From Hormiphora californensis (lineage: Eukaryota > Animalia > Ctenophora): a DNA stretch of 64,000 bases. Each line of letters begins with the position of its first letter. Position 1 is the stretch's first letter. The position numbers were made by a program, and so were the translations under genes. The notes beneath the pieces were generated by a model. It was not told the origin of the DNA and did no database searches. It worked only from the letters and a program-made list of their open reading frames with translations. The DNA is taken from positions 558,001 through 622,000 of the forward strand of contig CM035354.1 in assembly GCA_020137815.1 (NCBI GenBank), written 5' to 3'. Positions 13,425 through 24,641 of this stretch are shown here, in pieces.

Positions 13425-14392
13425 TACACCCTAATACACCAAATATATTCCTGGAGCGCTACAATTCGGATTTCAAAACAAACAGCAGTTTGATCATTCC
13501 AGACGCGATATTATGAAATGTTAAGGCTCTATACCAGGGTCTGTCAGAGCTCATTGTCAGCTGAGAGAGGGTCGGTCAGATAATAATCACCTTTATCGTG
13601 AAGAAGAAGAGTCTCGCTATTATAGACACAAACCAACTATATATCCGTGGTATAACAATGACATAACAGATCGTCAGATAACTGGTAGTGATGGATTCTG
13701 GACAGAATACATGACATAATGTATACGGTGACATGGATATATATGCGTGATATATATTTTATTGAAATTCTATCTTCAGTTTTGTATCTTCTTTGACTTT
13801 TTCTACCCTGCTCATATTAATATTACCATATATGGGTATATATAATATTCTTCGGCCAGTAATATATCATAAGATCAATGACCATATACGGTTATCTGAA
13901 TCACGTGATAGACTGAGGAGTGAGGTGACTTGTTGTGAAAGTGTGTGGTGATACTCAAATCTAAGTTTACTTTGGGTTAGGTCAAGGCGATAATGTGATA
14001 TTGAATCTTCTTGCTCTCGAAATGAAAAATCAAGTAACATAATTATACACATAATTATCTGTTTATTACTGGTTCAGGGGCTGAAAGTGCGTTAAAATTG
14101 AGTCAAACACTTTTTGAAACAGTGGGTCAGACCCGCAACGCAGTTTGTGTGAGCAACTGAACAACTCTCTTGGGAAGCTGGTTCTACCAGTGGTAGAATA
14201 TCAGAATTATGAAATATTATTAGAAGGAGGAAAGTTGTTAACTGTTAACTGTGTTATCATGTGTGAGGAGAAATATTGTGTTCAGCGGCGTTGCATATAA
14301 TGATAATATGTCTGTATTTGTTTTAGTTAATTAATTACATTAGATTATTGTTTTCCACAAATTGTGCTACTTTTCATTTTGAAATTTAAAAA

Positions 14393-14553
14393 CAATCAAA
14401 CCTCGATTTACCGGACTCCTCAGATCAGCGGTTTTTAATTTTGGCGTACACACTACACAGTGTCATTAATATGGGAATATCATTAATAATTAATAATTAA
14501 TTATCATTAATAGCTGGGGGAAATTATCTGTCAAGTAGATCGAGGTTTGATTG
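14393..14553. mobile_element. Short pogo/Tc1-like MITE, degraded
   Basis: CAATCAAACCTCGATTTAC ... GTAGATCGAGGTTTGATTG inverted ends; resembles the MITE at 40194-40287. Confidence 0.55.
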
Positions 14554-17500
14554 TTAAAAAATGCATGCTCTCTGACGCCGGGGCCTCAGAGAAATCTGAA
14601 AGAATCAGTTCGACCATCTGGGCAGTGGGCCGATTAAACTCTTTCATTCAGTTTCACTACAGATTGAGATGGGCCAATAGCGGGCCCGTTTCAACATAAT
14701 CTAAAGCCTGTCTTGAAAAAACTGTATAAGTATGTATACATTGTATTCACCGACGACTCATCGGCGAGTTACCAGCCATTCACCGTGGCTATTCACTGAT
14801 GATTCACCGGCGATTCACCGGCTATTCAGTAAATAGTATTCACCGTGGCTACTGGCTATTCACTGATGATTCACCGGTGACTCACCGGCTATTCAGTAAA
14901 TAGTATTCACCGGTGATTTACAGGTGATTTATAATCGGCCATTCACCAGGTTATTATAGATAAGGTTGGTCAATCAAGTGGGAAAGTTTCTTAGAGATAA
15001 GGTGGGTCAAATGGGAAAGTTTCTTAGAGATAAGGTGGGTCAAATGGGAAAGTTTCTTAGATATAAGGTGGGTCAAGTGGGAAAGTTTCTTAGAGATAAG
15101 GTGGGTCAAATGGGAAAGTTTCTTAGAGATAAGGTGGGTCAAATGGGAAAGTTTCTTAGAGATAAGGTGGGTCAAATGGAAAAGTTAGAGATAAGGTGGG
15201 TCAAATGGGAAAGTTTCTTAGAGATAAGGTGGGTCAAATAGGAAAGTTTCTTAGAGATAAGGTGGGTCAAATGCAAAAGTTTCTTAGAGATTAGGTGGGT
15301 CAAATAGGAAAGTTTCTTAGAGATAAGGTGGGTCAAGTGGGAAAGTTTTTTAGAGATAGGGTGGGTCAAATGGGAAAGTTTCTTAGAGATAAGGTGGGTC
15401 AAATGGGAAAGTTTCTTAGAGAAAAGGTTGGTCAAATGGGAAAGTTTCTTAGATATAAGGTGGGTCAAATGGGAAAGTTTCTTAGAGATAAGGTGGGTCA
15501 AATGGCAAAGTTTCTTAGAGATAAGGTGGGTCAAATGGAAAAGTTTCTTAGAGATAAGGTGGGTCAAATGGGAAAGTTTCTTAGAGATAAGGTGGGTCAA
15601 ATGGGAAAGTTTCTTAGAGAAAAGGTGGGTCAAATGGGAAAGTTTCTTAGAGATAAGGTGGGTCAAATGGGAAAGTTTCTTAGAGATAAGGTGGGTCAAA
15701 TGGTAAAGTTTCATAGAGATAAGGTGGGTCAAATGGGAAAGTTTCTTAGAGATAAGGTGGGTCAAATGGGAAAGTTTCTTAGAGATAAGGTGGGTCAAAT
15801 ATGAAAGTTTCTTAGAGATAAGGTGGGTCAAATGGGAAAGTTTCTTAGAGATAAGGTGGGTCAAGTGGGAAAGTTTCTTAGAGATAAGGTGGGACAAGTG
15901 GGAAAGTTTTTTAGAGATAAGGTGGGTCAAATGGGGAAAGTTTCTTGGAGATAAGGTGGGTCAAATGGGAAAGTTTCTTAGAGATAAGGTGGGTCAAATG
16001 GGAAAGTTTCTTAGAGATAAGGTGGGTCAAATGGGAAAGTTTCTTAGAGAAAAGGTGGGTCAAATGGGAAAGTTTCTTAGAGATAAGGTGGGTCAAATGG
16101 GAAAGTTTCTTAGAGATAAGGTGGGTCAAATGGTAAAGTTTCATAGAGATAAGGTGGGTCAAATGGGAAAGTTTCTTAGAGATAAGGTGGGTCAAATGGG
16201 AAAGTTTCTTAGAGATAAGGTGGGTCAAATATGAAAGTTTCTTAGAGATAAGGTGGGTCAAATGGGAAAGTTTCTTAGAGATAAGGTGGGTCAAGTGGGA
16301 AAGTTTCTTAGAGATAAGGTGGGACAAGTGGGAAAGTTTTTTAGAGATAAGGTGGGTCAAATGGGGAAAGTTTCTTGGAGATAAGGTGGGTCAAATGGGA
16401 AAGTTTCTTAGAGATAAGGTGGGTAAAGTGGGAAAGTTTCTTAGAGATAAGGTGGGTCAAATGGAAAAGTTTCTTAGAGATCTGAGATAAGGTGGGTCAA
16501 ATGGGAAAGTTTCTTAAAGATAAGGTGGGTCAAATGGGAAAGTTTCTTAGAGATAAGGTGGGTCAAATGGGAAAGTTTCATAGAGATAAGGTGGGTCAAA
16601 TGGTAAAGTTTCTTAGAGATAAGATGGGTCAAATGGGAAATTTTCTTAGAGAAAAGGTGGGTCAAATGGGAAAGTTTCTTAGATATAAGGTGGATCAAAT
16701 GGTAAAGTTTCATAGAGATAAGGTGGGTCAAATGGGAAAGTTTCTTAGAGATAAGGTGGGTCAAATGGGAAAGTTTCTTAGAGATAAGGTGGGTCAAATG
16801 GGAAAGTTTCTTAGAGATAAGGTGGGTCAAATGCGAAAGTTTCTTAGAGATTAGGTGGGTCAAATGGGAAAGTTTCTTAGAGATAAGGTGGGTCAAGTGG
16901 GAAAGTTTTTTAGAGATAAGGTGGGTCAAATAGGAAAGTTTCTTAGAGATAAGGTGGGTCAAATGGGAAAGTTTCTTAGAGAAAAGGTGGGTCAAATGGG
17001 AAAGTTTCTTAGATATAAGGTGGGTCAAATGGGAAAGTTTCTTAGAGATAAGGTGGGTCAAATGGAAAAGTTTCTTAGAGATAAGGTGGGTCAAATGGAA
17101 AAGTTTCTTAGAGATAAGGTGGGTCAAATATGAAAGTTTCTTAGAGATAAGGTGGGTCAAATGGGAAAGTTTCTTAGAGATAAGGTGGGTCAAGTGGTAA
17201 AGTTTCTTAGAGATAAGGTGGGTACAAGTGGGAAAGTTTTTTAGAGATAAGGTGGGTCAAATGGGAAAGTTTCTTGAGATAAGGTGGGTCAAATGGGAAA
17301 GTTTCTTAGAGATAAGGTGGGTAAAGTGGGAAAGTTTCTTAGAGATAAGGTGGGTCAAATGGAAAAGTTTCTTAGAGATAAGGTGGGTCAAATATGAAAG
17401 TTTCTTAGAGATAAGGTGGGTGAAATGAGAAAGTTTCTTAGAGATAAGGTGGGTCAAGTGGGAAAGTTTCTTAGAGATAAGGTGGGTCAAGTGGGAAAGT

Positions 17501-19561
17501 TTCTTAGAGAAAAGGTGGGTCAAATGGGAAAGTTTCTTAGAGAAAAGGTGGGTCAAGTGGGAAAGTTTCTTAGAGATAAGGTGGATCAAATGGAAAAGTT
17601 TCTTAGAGATAAGGTGGGTCAAATGGGAAAGTTTCTTAGAGATAAGGTGGGTCAAATGGAAAAGTTTCTTAGAGATAAGGTGGGTCAAATGGGAAAGTTT
17701 CTTAGAGATAAGGTGGGTCGAATGAGAAAGTTTCTTAGAAATAAGGTGGGTCAAATGGAAAAGTTTCTTAGAGATAAGGTGGGTCAAATGGGAAAGTTTC
17801 TTAGAGATAAGCTGGGTCAAATGGGAAAGTTTCTTAGAGATTAGGTGGGTCAAATGGGAAAGTTTCTTAGAGATAAGATGGGTCAAATGGGAAAGTTTCT
17901 TAGAGATAAGGTGGGTCAAATGGGAAAGTTTCTTAGAGATAAGGTGGGTCAAGTGGGAACTTTTATTAGAGATAAGGTGGGTCAAATGGAAAAGTTTCTT
18001 AGAAATAAGGTGGGTCAAATGGGAAAGTTTCTTAGAGAAAAGGTGGGTCAAATGGGAAAGTTTCTTAGAGATAAGGTGGGTCAAATGGGAAAGTTTCTTA
18101 CAGATAAGGTGGGTCAAGTGGGAAAGTTTCTTAGAGATAAAGTGGGTCAAGTGGAAAAGTTTCTTAGAGATAAGGTGGGTCAAATGGAAAAGTTTCTTAG
18201 AGATAAGGTGGGTCAAATGGGAAAGTTTCTTAGAGAAAAGGTGGGTCAAATGGGAAAGTTTCTTAGAGAATAGTTGGGTCAAATGGGAAAGTTTCTTAGA
18301 GATAAGGTGGGTCAAATGGGAAAGTTTCTTAGAGATAAGGTGGGTCAAATGGTAAAGTTTCATAGAGATAAGGTGGGTCAAATGGGAAAGTTTCTTAGAG
18401 ATAAGGTGGGTCAAATGGGAAAGTTTCTTAGAGATAAGGTGGGTCAAATATGAAAGTTTCTTAGAGATAAGGTGGGTCAAGTGGGAAAGTTTCTTAGATA
18501 TAAGGTGGGTCAAGTGGGAAAGTTTCTTAGAGATAAGGTGGGTCAAGTGGGAAAGTTTCTTAGAGAAAAGGTGGGTCAAATGGGAAAGTTTCTTAGAGAA
18601 AAGGTGGGTCAAGTGGGAAAGTTTCTTAGAGATAAGGTGGATCAAATGGAAAAGTTTCTTAGAGATAAGGTGGGTCAAATGGGAAAGTTTCTTATTGATA
18701 AGGTGGGTCAAATGGAAAAGTTTCTTAGAGATAAGGTGGGTCAAATGGGAAAGTTTCTTAGAGATAAGGTGGGTCGAATGAGAAAGTTTCTTAGAAATAA
18801 GGTGGGTCAAATGGAAAAGTTTCTTAGAGATAAGGTGGGTCAAATGGGAAAGTTTCTTAGAGATAAGCTGGGTCAAATGGGAAAGTTTCTTAGAGATTAG
18901 GTGGGTCAAATGGGAAAGTTTCTTAGAGATAAGATGGGTCAAATGGGAAAGTTTCTTAGAGATAAGGTGGGTCAAATGGGAAAGTTTCTTAGAGATAAGG
19001 TGGGTCAAGTGGGAACGTTTATTAGAGATAAGGTGGGTCAAATGGAAAAGTTTCTTAGAGATAAGGTGGGTCAAATGGGAAAGTTTCTTAGAGATAAGGT
19101 GGGTCAAGTGGGAAAGTTTCTTAGAGATAAGGTGGGTCAAATGGGAAAGTTTCTTAGAGATAAGGTGGGTCAAATGGGAAAGTTTCTTAGAGATAAGGTG
19201 GGTCAAATGGGAAAGTTTCTTAGAGATAAGGTGGGTCGAATGAGAAAGTTTCTTAGAAATAAGGTGGGTCAAATGGAAAAGTTTCTTAGAGATAAGGTGG
19301 GTCAAATGGGAAAGTTTCTTAGAGATAAGGTGGGTCAAATGGGAAAGTTTCTTATAGATAAGCTGGGTCAAATGGGAAAGTTTCTTAGAGATTAGGTGGG
19401 TCAAATGGGAAAGTTTCTTAGAGATAAGATGGGTCAAATGGGAAATTTTCTTAGAGATAAGGTGGGTCAAATGGGAAAGTTTCTTAGAGATAAGGTGGGT
19501 CAAGTGGGAACGTTTATTAGAGATAAGGTGGGTCAAATGGAAAAGTTTCTTAGAGATAAGG

Positions 19562-21348
19562 GGGGGGGTCGTCATGTTAATTTTGTTAATGTTTTGTTAA
19601 TTAACAAACGACCCTTGGTGAAACATTAACAAAATTAACAAAATTAACAAAATTAACAAAAATCGCGTTTTAGATGTTTTCAGTCGGTTTATAGTTGTTT
19701 TATGTGTTTTTAGGTGTGTTTAGGTGTTTCTATCATCTCCCATGGCAGATATTTCATAGCTAGGATAATTGTTTGGATTTCATCAAAGGTTTTGAGGTAA
19801 GAAAAGGGTCATTATAACAAAGGAGGGGTAGACGAGTAAAGAACACCAGTTTAATGTATAAATAGTGCGGTAATATGACGAAATTTTTTCGGCATAATCG
19901 TTCTAAAGCTAATTCCACTTCTAGGATACTCTATAGGGTCCCTAGAAACAACCCCTGAAGTTGTCGCAAGATCGGCGATAAAGACATTGCATTAATTGGG
20001 CCTAATTGGTTACAGGGTGCTTTCAGCCTGAAGCCAAAACCATAAATACCCTTAAAATAGGAGTAGAGACAAAACCGAGGGCACTAAAGTGATCAGCGTC
20101 CTCGCATTAGTGGGGGTAGGTGCTGGAATTAAGTCTCTATCTCATCTGGTTAATTAGATAATTGGATAATCAGCTCTGCACATAGCCGTTTTTGGCCATA
20201 TGGCTATAGCTATGTTAGGAAAGGAGTAGAGACAAAACCGAGGGCACTAAAATGGTCAGCGTCCTCGCATTAGTGGGGGTAGGTGCTGGAATTAAGTCTC
20301 TATCTCATTTGGTTAATTAGTTAATTGGATAATTAGATCTGCACATAGCCGTTTTCGGCCATATGGCTGTAGCCACTTAGGAATGGTTTAGAGACATTTC
20401 ACTGGTGCCATCTTGTAGACAATGGCCAAGTTATGGGGGGTCGACGTCGGACTTTTAAGCTCTATCTCCAACCGTTTAGCCGTTATTTGGCTTTAAAGGT
20501 GCTCAAAATGAGCAAAAAACGGTAAAAAGCCCGATTTTGAGCACCCTAAAAACCAAATAACGGCTAAACGGTTGGAGATAGAGCATAAAACTCCGACGTA
20601 TACCACCCACAACTTGGCCATTGTCTACAAGATGGCACCCGTGAATTGTGAAATGTCTCTAAACCATTCCTAAGTGGCTATAGCCATATGGCCGAAAACG
20701 GCTATGTGCAGATCTAATTATCCAATTAACTAATTAACCAGATGAGATAGAGACTTAATTCCAGCACCTACCCCCACTAATGCGAGGACGCTGATCACTT
20801 TAGTGCCCTCGGTTTTGTCTATACTCCTATTTTAAGGGTACTTATGGTTTTGGCTTCAGGCTGAAAGCACCCTGTAACCAATTAGGCCCAATTAAGGCAA
20901 GTTCTTCATCGCCGATCTTGCGACAACTTCAGGGGTTGATTCTAGGGACCCTATAGAGTACCCTAGAAGTGGAATTAGCTTTAGAACGATTATGCCGAAA
21001 AATTTTCGTCATATTACCGCACTAGTGGCGGGTCAAAAAAATTCACAAAAAAAATTCAAAATAATTTTTGGGGAAAAAATCCTGCCACTAAATCGGGGTG
21101 CCACTAAATCGGGGGCCATTAAATCGGGGTCCGACTGTATATCAGTGTTGATTGGATGGGTAGTACGTATAGTATTGTCAAAAATAACGCAAATGATCTA
21201 TTAAAGCGGGATTAAAAGCTTCAAAAAGACTTAAAAAAGCTTCTTTTTTTTGTTAATAATGTTAATGTTTGTTAATAATGTTAATAATGTTAATGTTAAC
21301 ATTTTAAAAATTTTCATGAAACATTAACATTAACATGACGACCCCCCC
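19562..21348. mobile_element. Poly-G-ended TIR element with 8-bp TSD, containing nested elements
   Basis: G7-TCGTCATGTTAAT ... ATTAACATGACGA-C7; TSD AGATAAGG (19554-61, 21349-56) taken from the satellite unit; subterminal TTAACA repeats. Confidence 0.9.
19863..21024. mobile_element. Fold-back element (TAG..CTA) nested in the poly-G element; related to 47132-48126
   Basis: TAGTGCGGTAATATGACGAAA ... TTTCGTCATATTACCGCACTA, centre ~20520. The left arm has an extra tandem copy (~20060-20220 vs 20220-20380). Shares GTCCTCGCATTAGTGGGGGTAGGTGC with the element at 47 kb. No TSD seen. Confidence 0.8.
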
Positions 21349-22188
21349 AGATAAGGTGGGTCAAATGGGAAAGTTTCTTAGAGATAAGGTGGGTCAAGTG
21401 GGAAAGTTTCTTAGAGATAAGGTGGGTCAAATGGAAAAGTTCTAGAGATAAGGTGGGTCAAATGGGAAAGTTTCTTAGAGATAAGGTGGGTCAAACGGGA
21501 AAGTTTCTTAGAGATAAGGTGGGTCAAAGTGTGAAAATTTCTTAGAGATTAGGTGGTTGAAAATTGGGAAAGTTTCTTAGAGATTAGGTTGGTCTAGACG
21601 AAGTCCAAACAACGTTTGCGGTTAATCTGATATTTGAAAAACGATCAAGAACAATTGATTTGCCGAGTGTAATAAATATTTTAAGTTACAAAATCTGAAT
21701 CATAATTATACTTATGAACTAGAAGTCACCCTTTTACTAATAGTTATGTAACTCAACATACACATAAAAGTAAAGTTATATAGTTTTTGTATAATTAAAA
21801 CTAATAACTAACAGTTATAATAATACTTATATCGTAGTTCAAACTTAACCCCAAGAGTTTTATGAATTAAGTTATCATTATAATGTGAATCACTTGGATT
21901 TCATGTTGTTGATATAAAGTACTAATAAGCAATCGAACTGGCGTGTTGAAACTCAATATGGGGGGGGGGGGGACATGTTAATTTTGTTAACTTTGTTAAT
22001 ATTAACATCGAGAAAACAGGTGATTTATTAACAAAATTAACAAAAAGTTAACAAACGTTAACAAATGCCATTTATGCCATCTAAATCCCCTTCAGCACGT
22101 ATTTTTAGTATTTAACACTTGTTCTGCGAGCAAAGTTGTTCATTCTGTACAATTTACATACCCCTACTACCTCTACTACGGCTTTTCT

Positions 22189-23548
22189 GGGGGGGTACCA
22201 ACCTATTTTTTTGTATTTTTTTGTATTTTTTTGTACGGTCCGTACAAAAAAATCACCAAAATTCCCTGCTTTTTCCGTACAAAAATTAAAAAAAATACAA
22301 AAAAATACAAAAAAATACAAAAAAATATACTGCTGAAGGGAACTTCTTTAGGGCCCCCTATAAGTCTCTAGAGGTTTGCGGGGTCCTTATACTGGCCTGT
22401 ATAGCCCTCTAGTTTCGTAGTACTCATAATCCCGGTGTCCCAGCATATTTTTTGGCCGAGAATGGCCAAAATTTATCCCCATTTTGGCCGATTTTTTCCC
22501 ATGGTCTAAGTTAGTTTGATAATAGTTCAAGATAGTGGAACTTTAATTAAATAGTCTAAAAACGGTTGAGGTTTTGAATCTAATTTTTTTATAGTATTTT
22601 AAAAGTTTTGAAAAAAAATGGTCCGGGCGAGTTTCAAACCCGGGACCTTCCGCGTGTCAAGCAGATGTAATAACCACTACACCATGGAGGAGCTGACATC
22701 ACTGCGATTTGAGAGTATATATTCTAGCGCGCACACAATTGGCCGGGGGAGAGAGGCCGATTCGGCTTTTTCAGTTTTTCGGCCTTCTTATGCCTCCTTT
22801 TTCCAGGCATGAGGGGGAATAAGTAGGCATATTCGGCCGAAAAATGAAATTTCATCAGAAAATAAAGCTTGGGCACTATCCCGACATATTTTTGCACGCT
22901 GAATCACGTGAGCTACTTTTTAAAGTGCTCAGAGATGAGGAAAGTGCCCTAATTGGCCATAATTGAACCTAATTGGTCAAAAATTGAAATTTCATAGAAG
23001 ACATTGAATAGTCAAGTTTGAGCACTAACCCCACTAATTTTGGTACGCTGAGTTACGTGAGCTACTTTTTGAAATCCTCTGATGCCAATTAAGGGTGCTA
23101 ATTGACATAATTGGATGTTAATTGGTAATGCTGAAGAATGTATTATGTAATGTCATTACCCACTATCCCCACACATGTGAGGCTTGTTCCCTTGTTCGTA
23201 AATCGGCACTTTTTGCATTTCCATTGCTTGCATGTCGTGTATTTAGGCATCGCTAATGCTATGAATTTCTGCACATTAGTAAGACTTGTTCTAGTTAGGA
23301 GTCGTGGGGACGGGGAATGGTAAAATAAACTAAATAAACACTCTAGAGGCCTTTAAAGGCCAATAGAAGGACCTCGAGCGCCTCTAGAGACCTGTAGAAG
23401 GCACCAAAGAAGTTCCCGACAGCAGTAAACTTTTTTGTATTTTTTTGTATTTTTTTGTATTTTTTTGTATTTTTTTGTACGGACCGTACAAAAAAATATT
23501 GCCTGCTTTTTCCGTACATCCGTACACAAAAATGGTTGGTACCCCCCC
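22189..23548. mobile_element. Nested poly-G-ended TIR element with 8-bp TSD carrying a tRNA-like sequence
   Basis: G7-TACCAACC ... GGTTGGTA-C7; TSD GCTTTTCT (22181-88, 23549-56); subterminal TTTTTTGTA/GTAC repeats. Confidence 0.88.
22619..22691 (-). pseudogene. tRNA-Val-like sequence (GAC in anticodon position), broken acceptor stem
   Basis: Minus strand TCCTCCATGGTGTAGTGGTTATTACATCTGCTTGACACGCGGAAGGTCCCGGGTTTGAAACTCGCCCGGACCA resembles the eukaryotic tRNA-Val(TAC) body. A-box TGGTGTAGTGG, B-box-like GGTTTGAAACT, followed immediately by T8. Confidence 0.75.
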
Positions 23549-24641
23549 GCTTTTCTACAGCGATTTATTCCATTTTGTAAATGTTAATAAATACTAGCCA
23601 AACTAAACCGTAATTGAAGTCAAATGACCCTAATCCACATTTTCGCACCCTAAAAACTAAATAAGACTTATGAATTTACCTTAAAACGAAAAAAATCCCA
23701 AAAATCAATTTTTCTAAAAAAACACAAGGATTTGTAGCGAAGCAAATTTTCAATCCTTGACCAAAAAATTGATTTTGGGAAAATTTTATTTCTTTTTTCA
23801 ACAGAAACGTTGTACATCATCTTATTAAGTCCAAAGAATCGATTACCAATTTAAAAATTACGTTTAAGTGAGATTTTATACGCTAAATTGAAAAATTTGT
23901 AACTTTTGGAATTTTATCGATTTTGAGCCAAAAAACCTGTATGCCGGACTTTGGTTATCGTAAAAGGCTTTGTTTGGGTATATATGTGTTAGATAATTCA
24001 TTAAACTAAAAAATTAAACCAGTTAAAGTCGTGTTATCAACCAATAAGAACAGTCTTTTAGCATTTGTTAATTTTGTTAATTTTGTTAATTAACGTTAAT
24101 TAACAAAATTGAAAAAAAGAGGTGATTTATTAACAATTAACATGTCCCCCCCCCTCAATATTCAACAATCGCAATTGTATAACCCCAGGGTTAGAGTAAC
24201 ACTAACACAAAAACTCCGTGGTTTTACTGTCAGAGCATTGGCCTGACAGTGGTTTTACATATATTTACTCCTAGAATTATAATTAGTAGAGCTGTCCGAG
24301 TACAAAACTTATTAAATCATGCCTTGTTCACGTCGCGTGGTGCCTAAAAATATAGTTCAACTGTAATATACAAAAACAAATCAATCTAAAAACCAATGCC
24401 AACACACGGACAGATTCACGCAGACTAAATATTGTAATTACACCAACTTTATGTAGTATATGCTGGGTCATAAATGTGGATTTGATGTGTCTATCTCTCA
24501 CGGGAAATATGGTACAAAATCAGTCAAGCTGTTCATAATAAATAAGCTCCAATAGTAGCCAAACCAAATATGTACTTATAAATAATTATATTACTGCTAT
24601 ATAATTGATAAAGTGTCCAAAGCAGAAAGTGTTTAGAAAGT

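Larger units (their letters stand above)
14955..21595. repeat. 33-bp satellite array, interrupted by a TE at 19562-21348
   Basis: Roughly 145 copies of AGATAAGGTGGGTCAAATGGGAAAGTTTCTTAG; variant units recur as higher-order blocks of ~430 bp and ~1056 bp. Confidence 0.98.
21960..24153. mobile_element. Poly-G-ended TIR element with 8-bp TSD (similar ends to 19562-21348)
   Basis: Gn-ACATGTTAATT ... AATTAACATGT-Cn; TSD CTCAATAT (21952-59, 24154-61). Confidence 0.9.

Noticed and set aside
14954-19629. Long ORFs up to 772 aa of (LTHLISKKLSH)n and (GQMGKFLRDKV)n
   Set aside because: These are by-products of a 33-bp (multiple of 3) satellite with few stop-prone codons; indels break the frames and no splice or start context is seen.
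14955-21595. CRISPR-like regular repeat
   Set aside because: Units are contiguous with no unique spacers, there are no cas genes and the context is eukaryotic.
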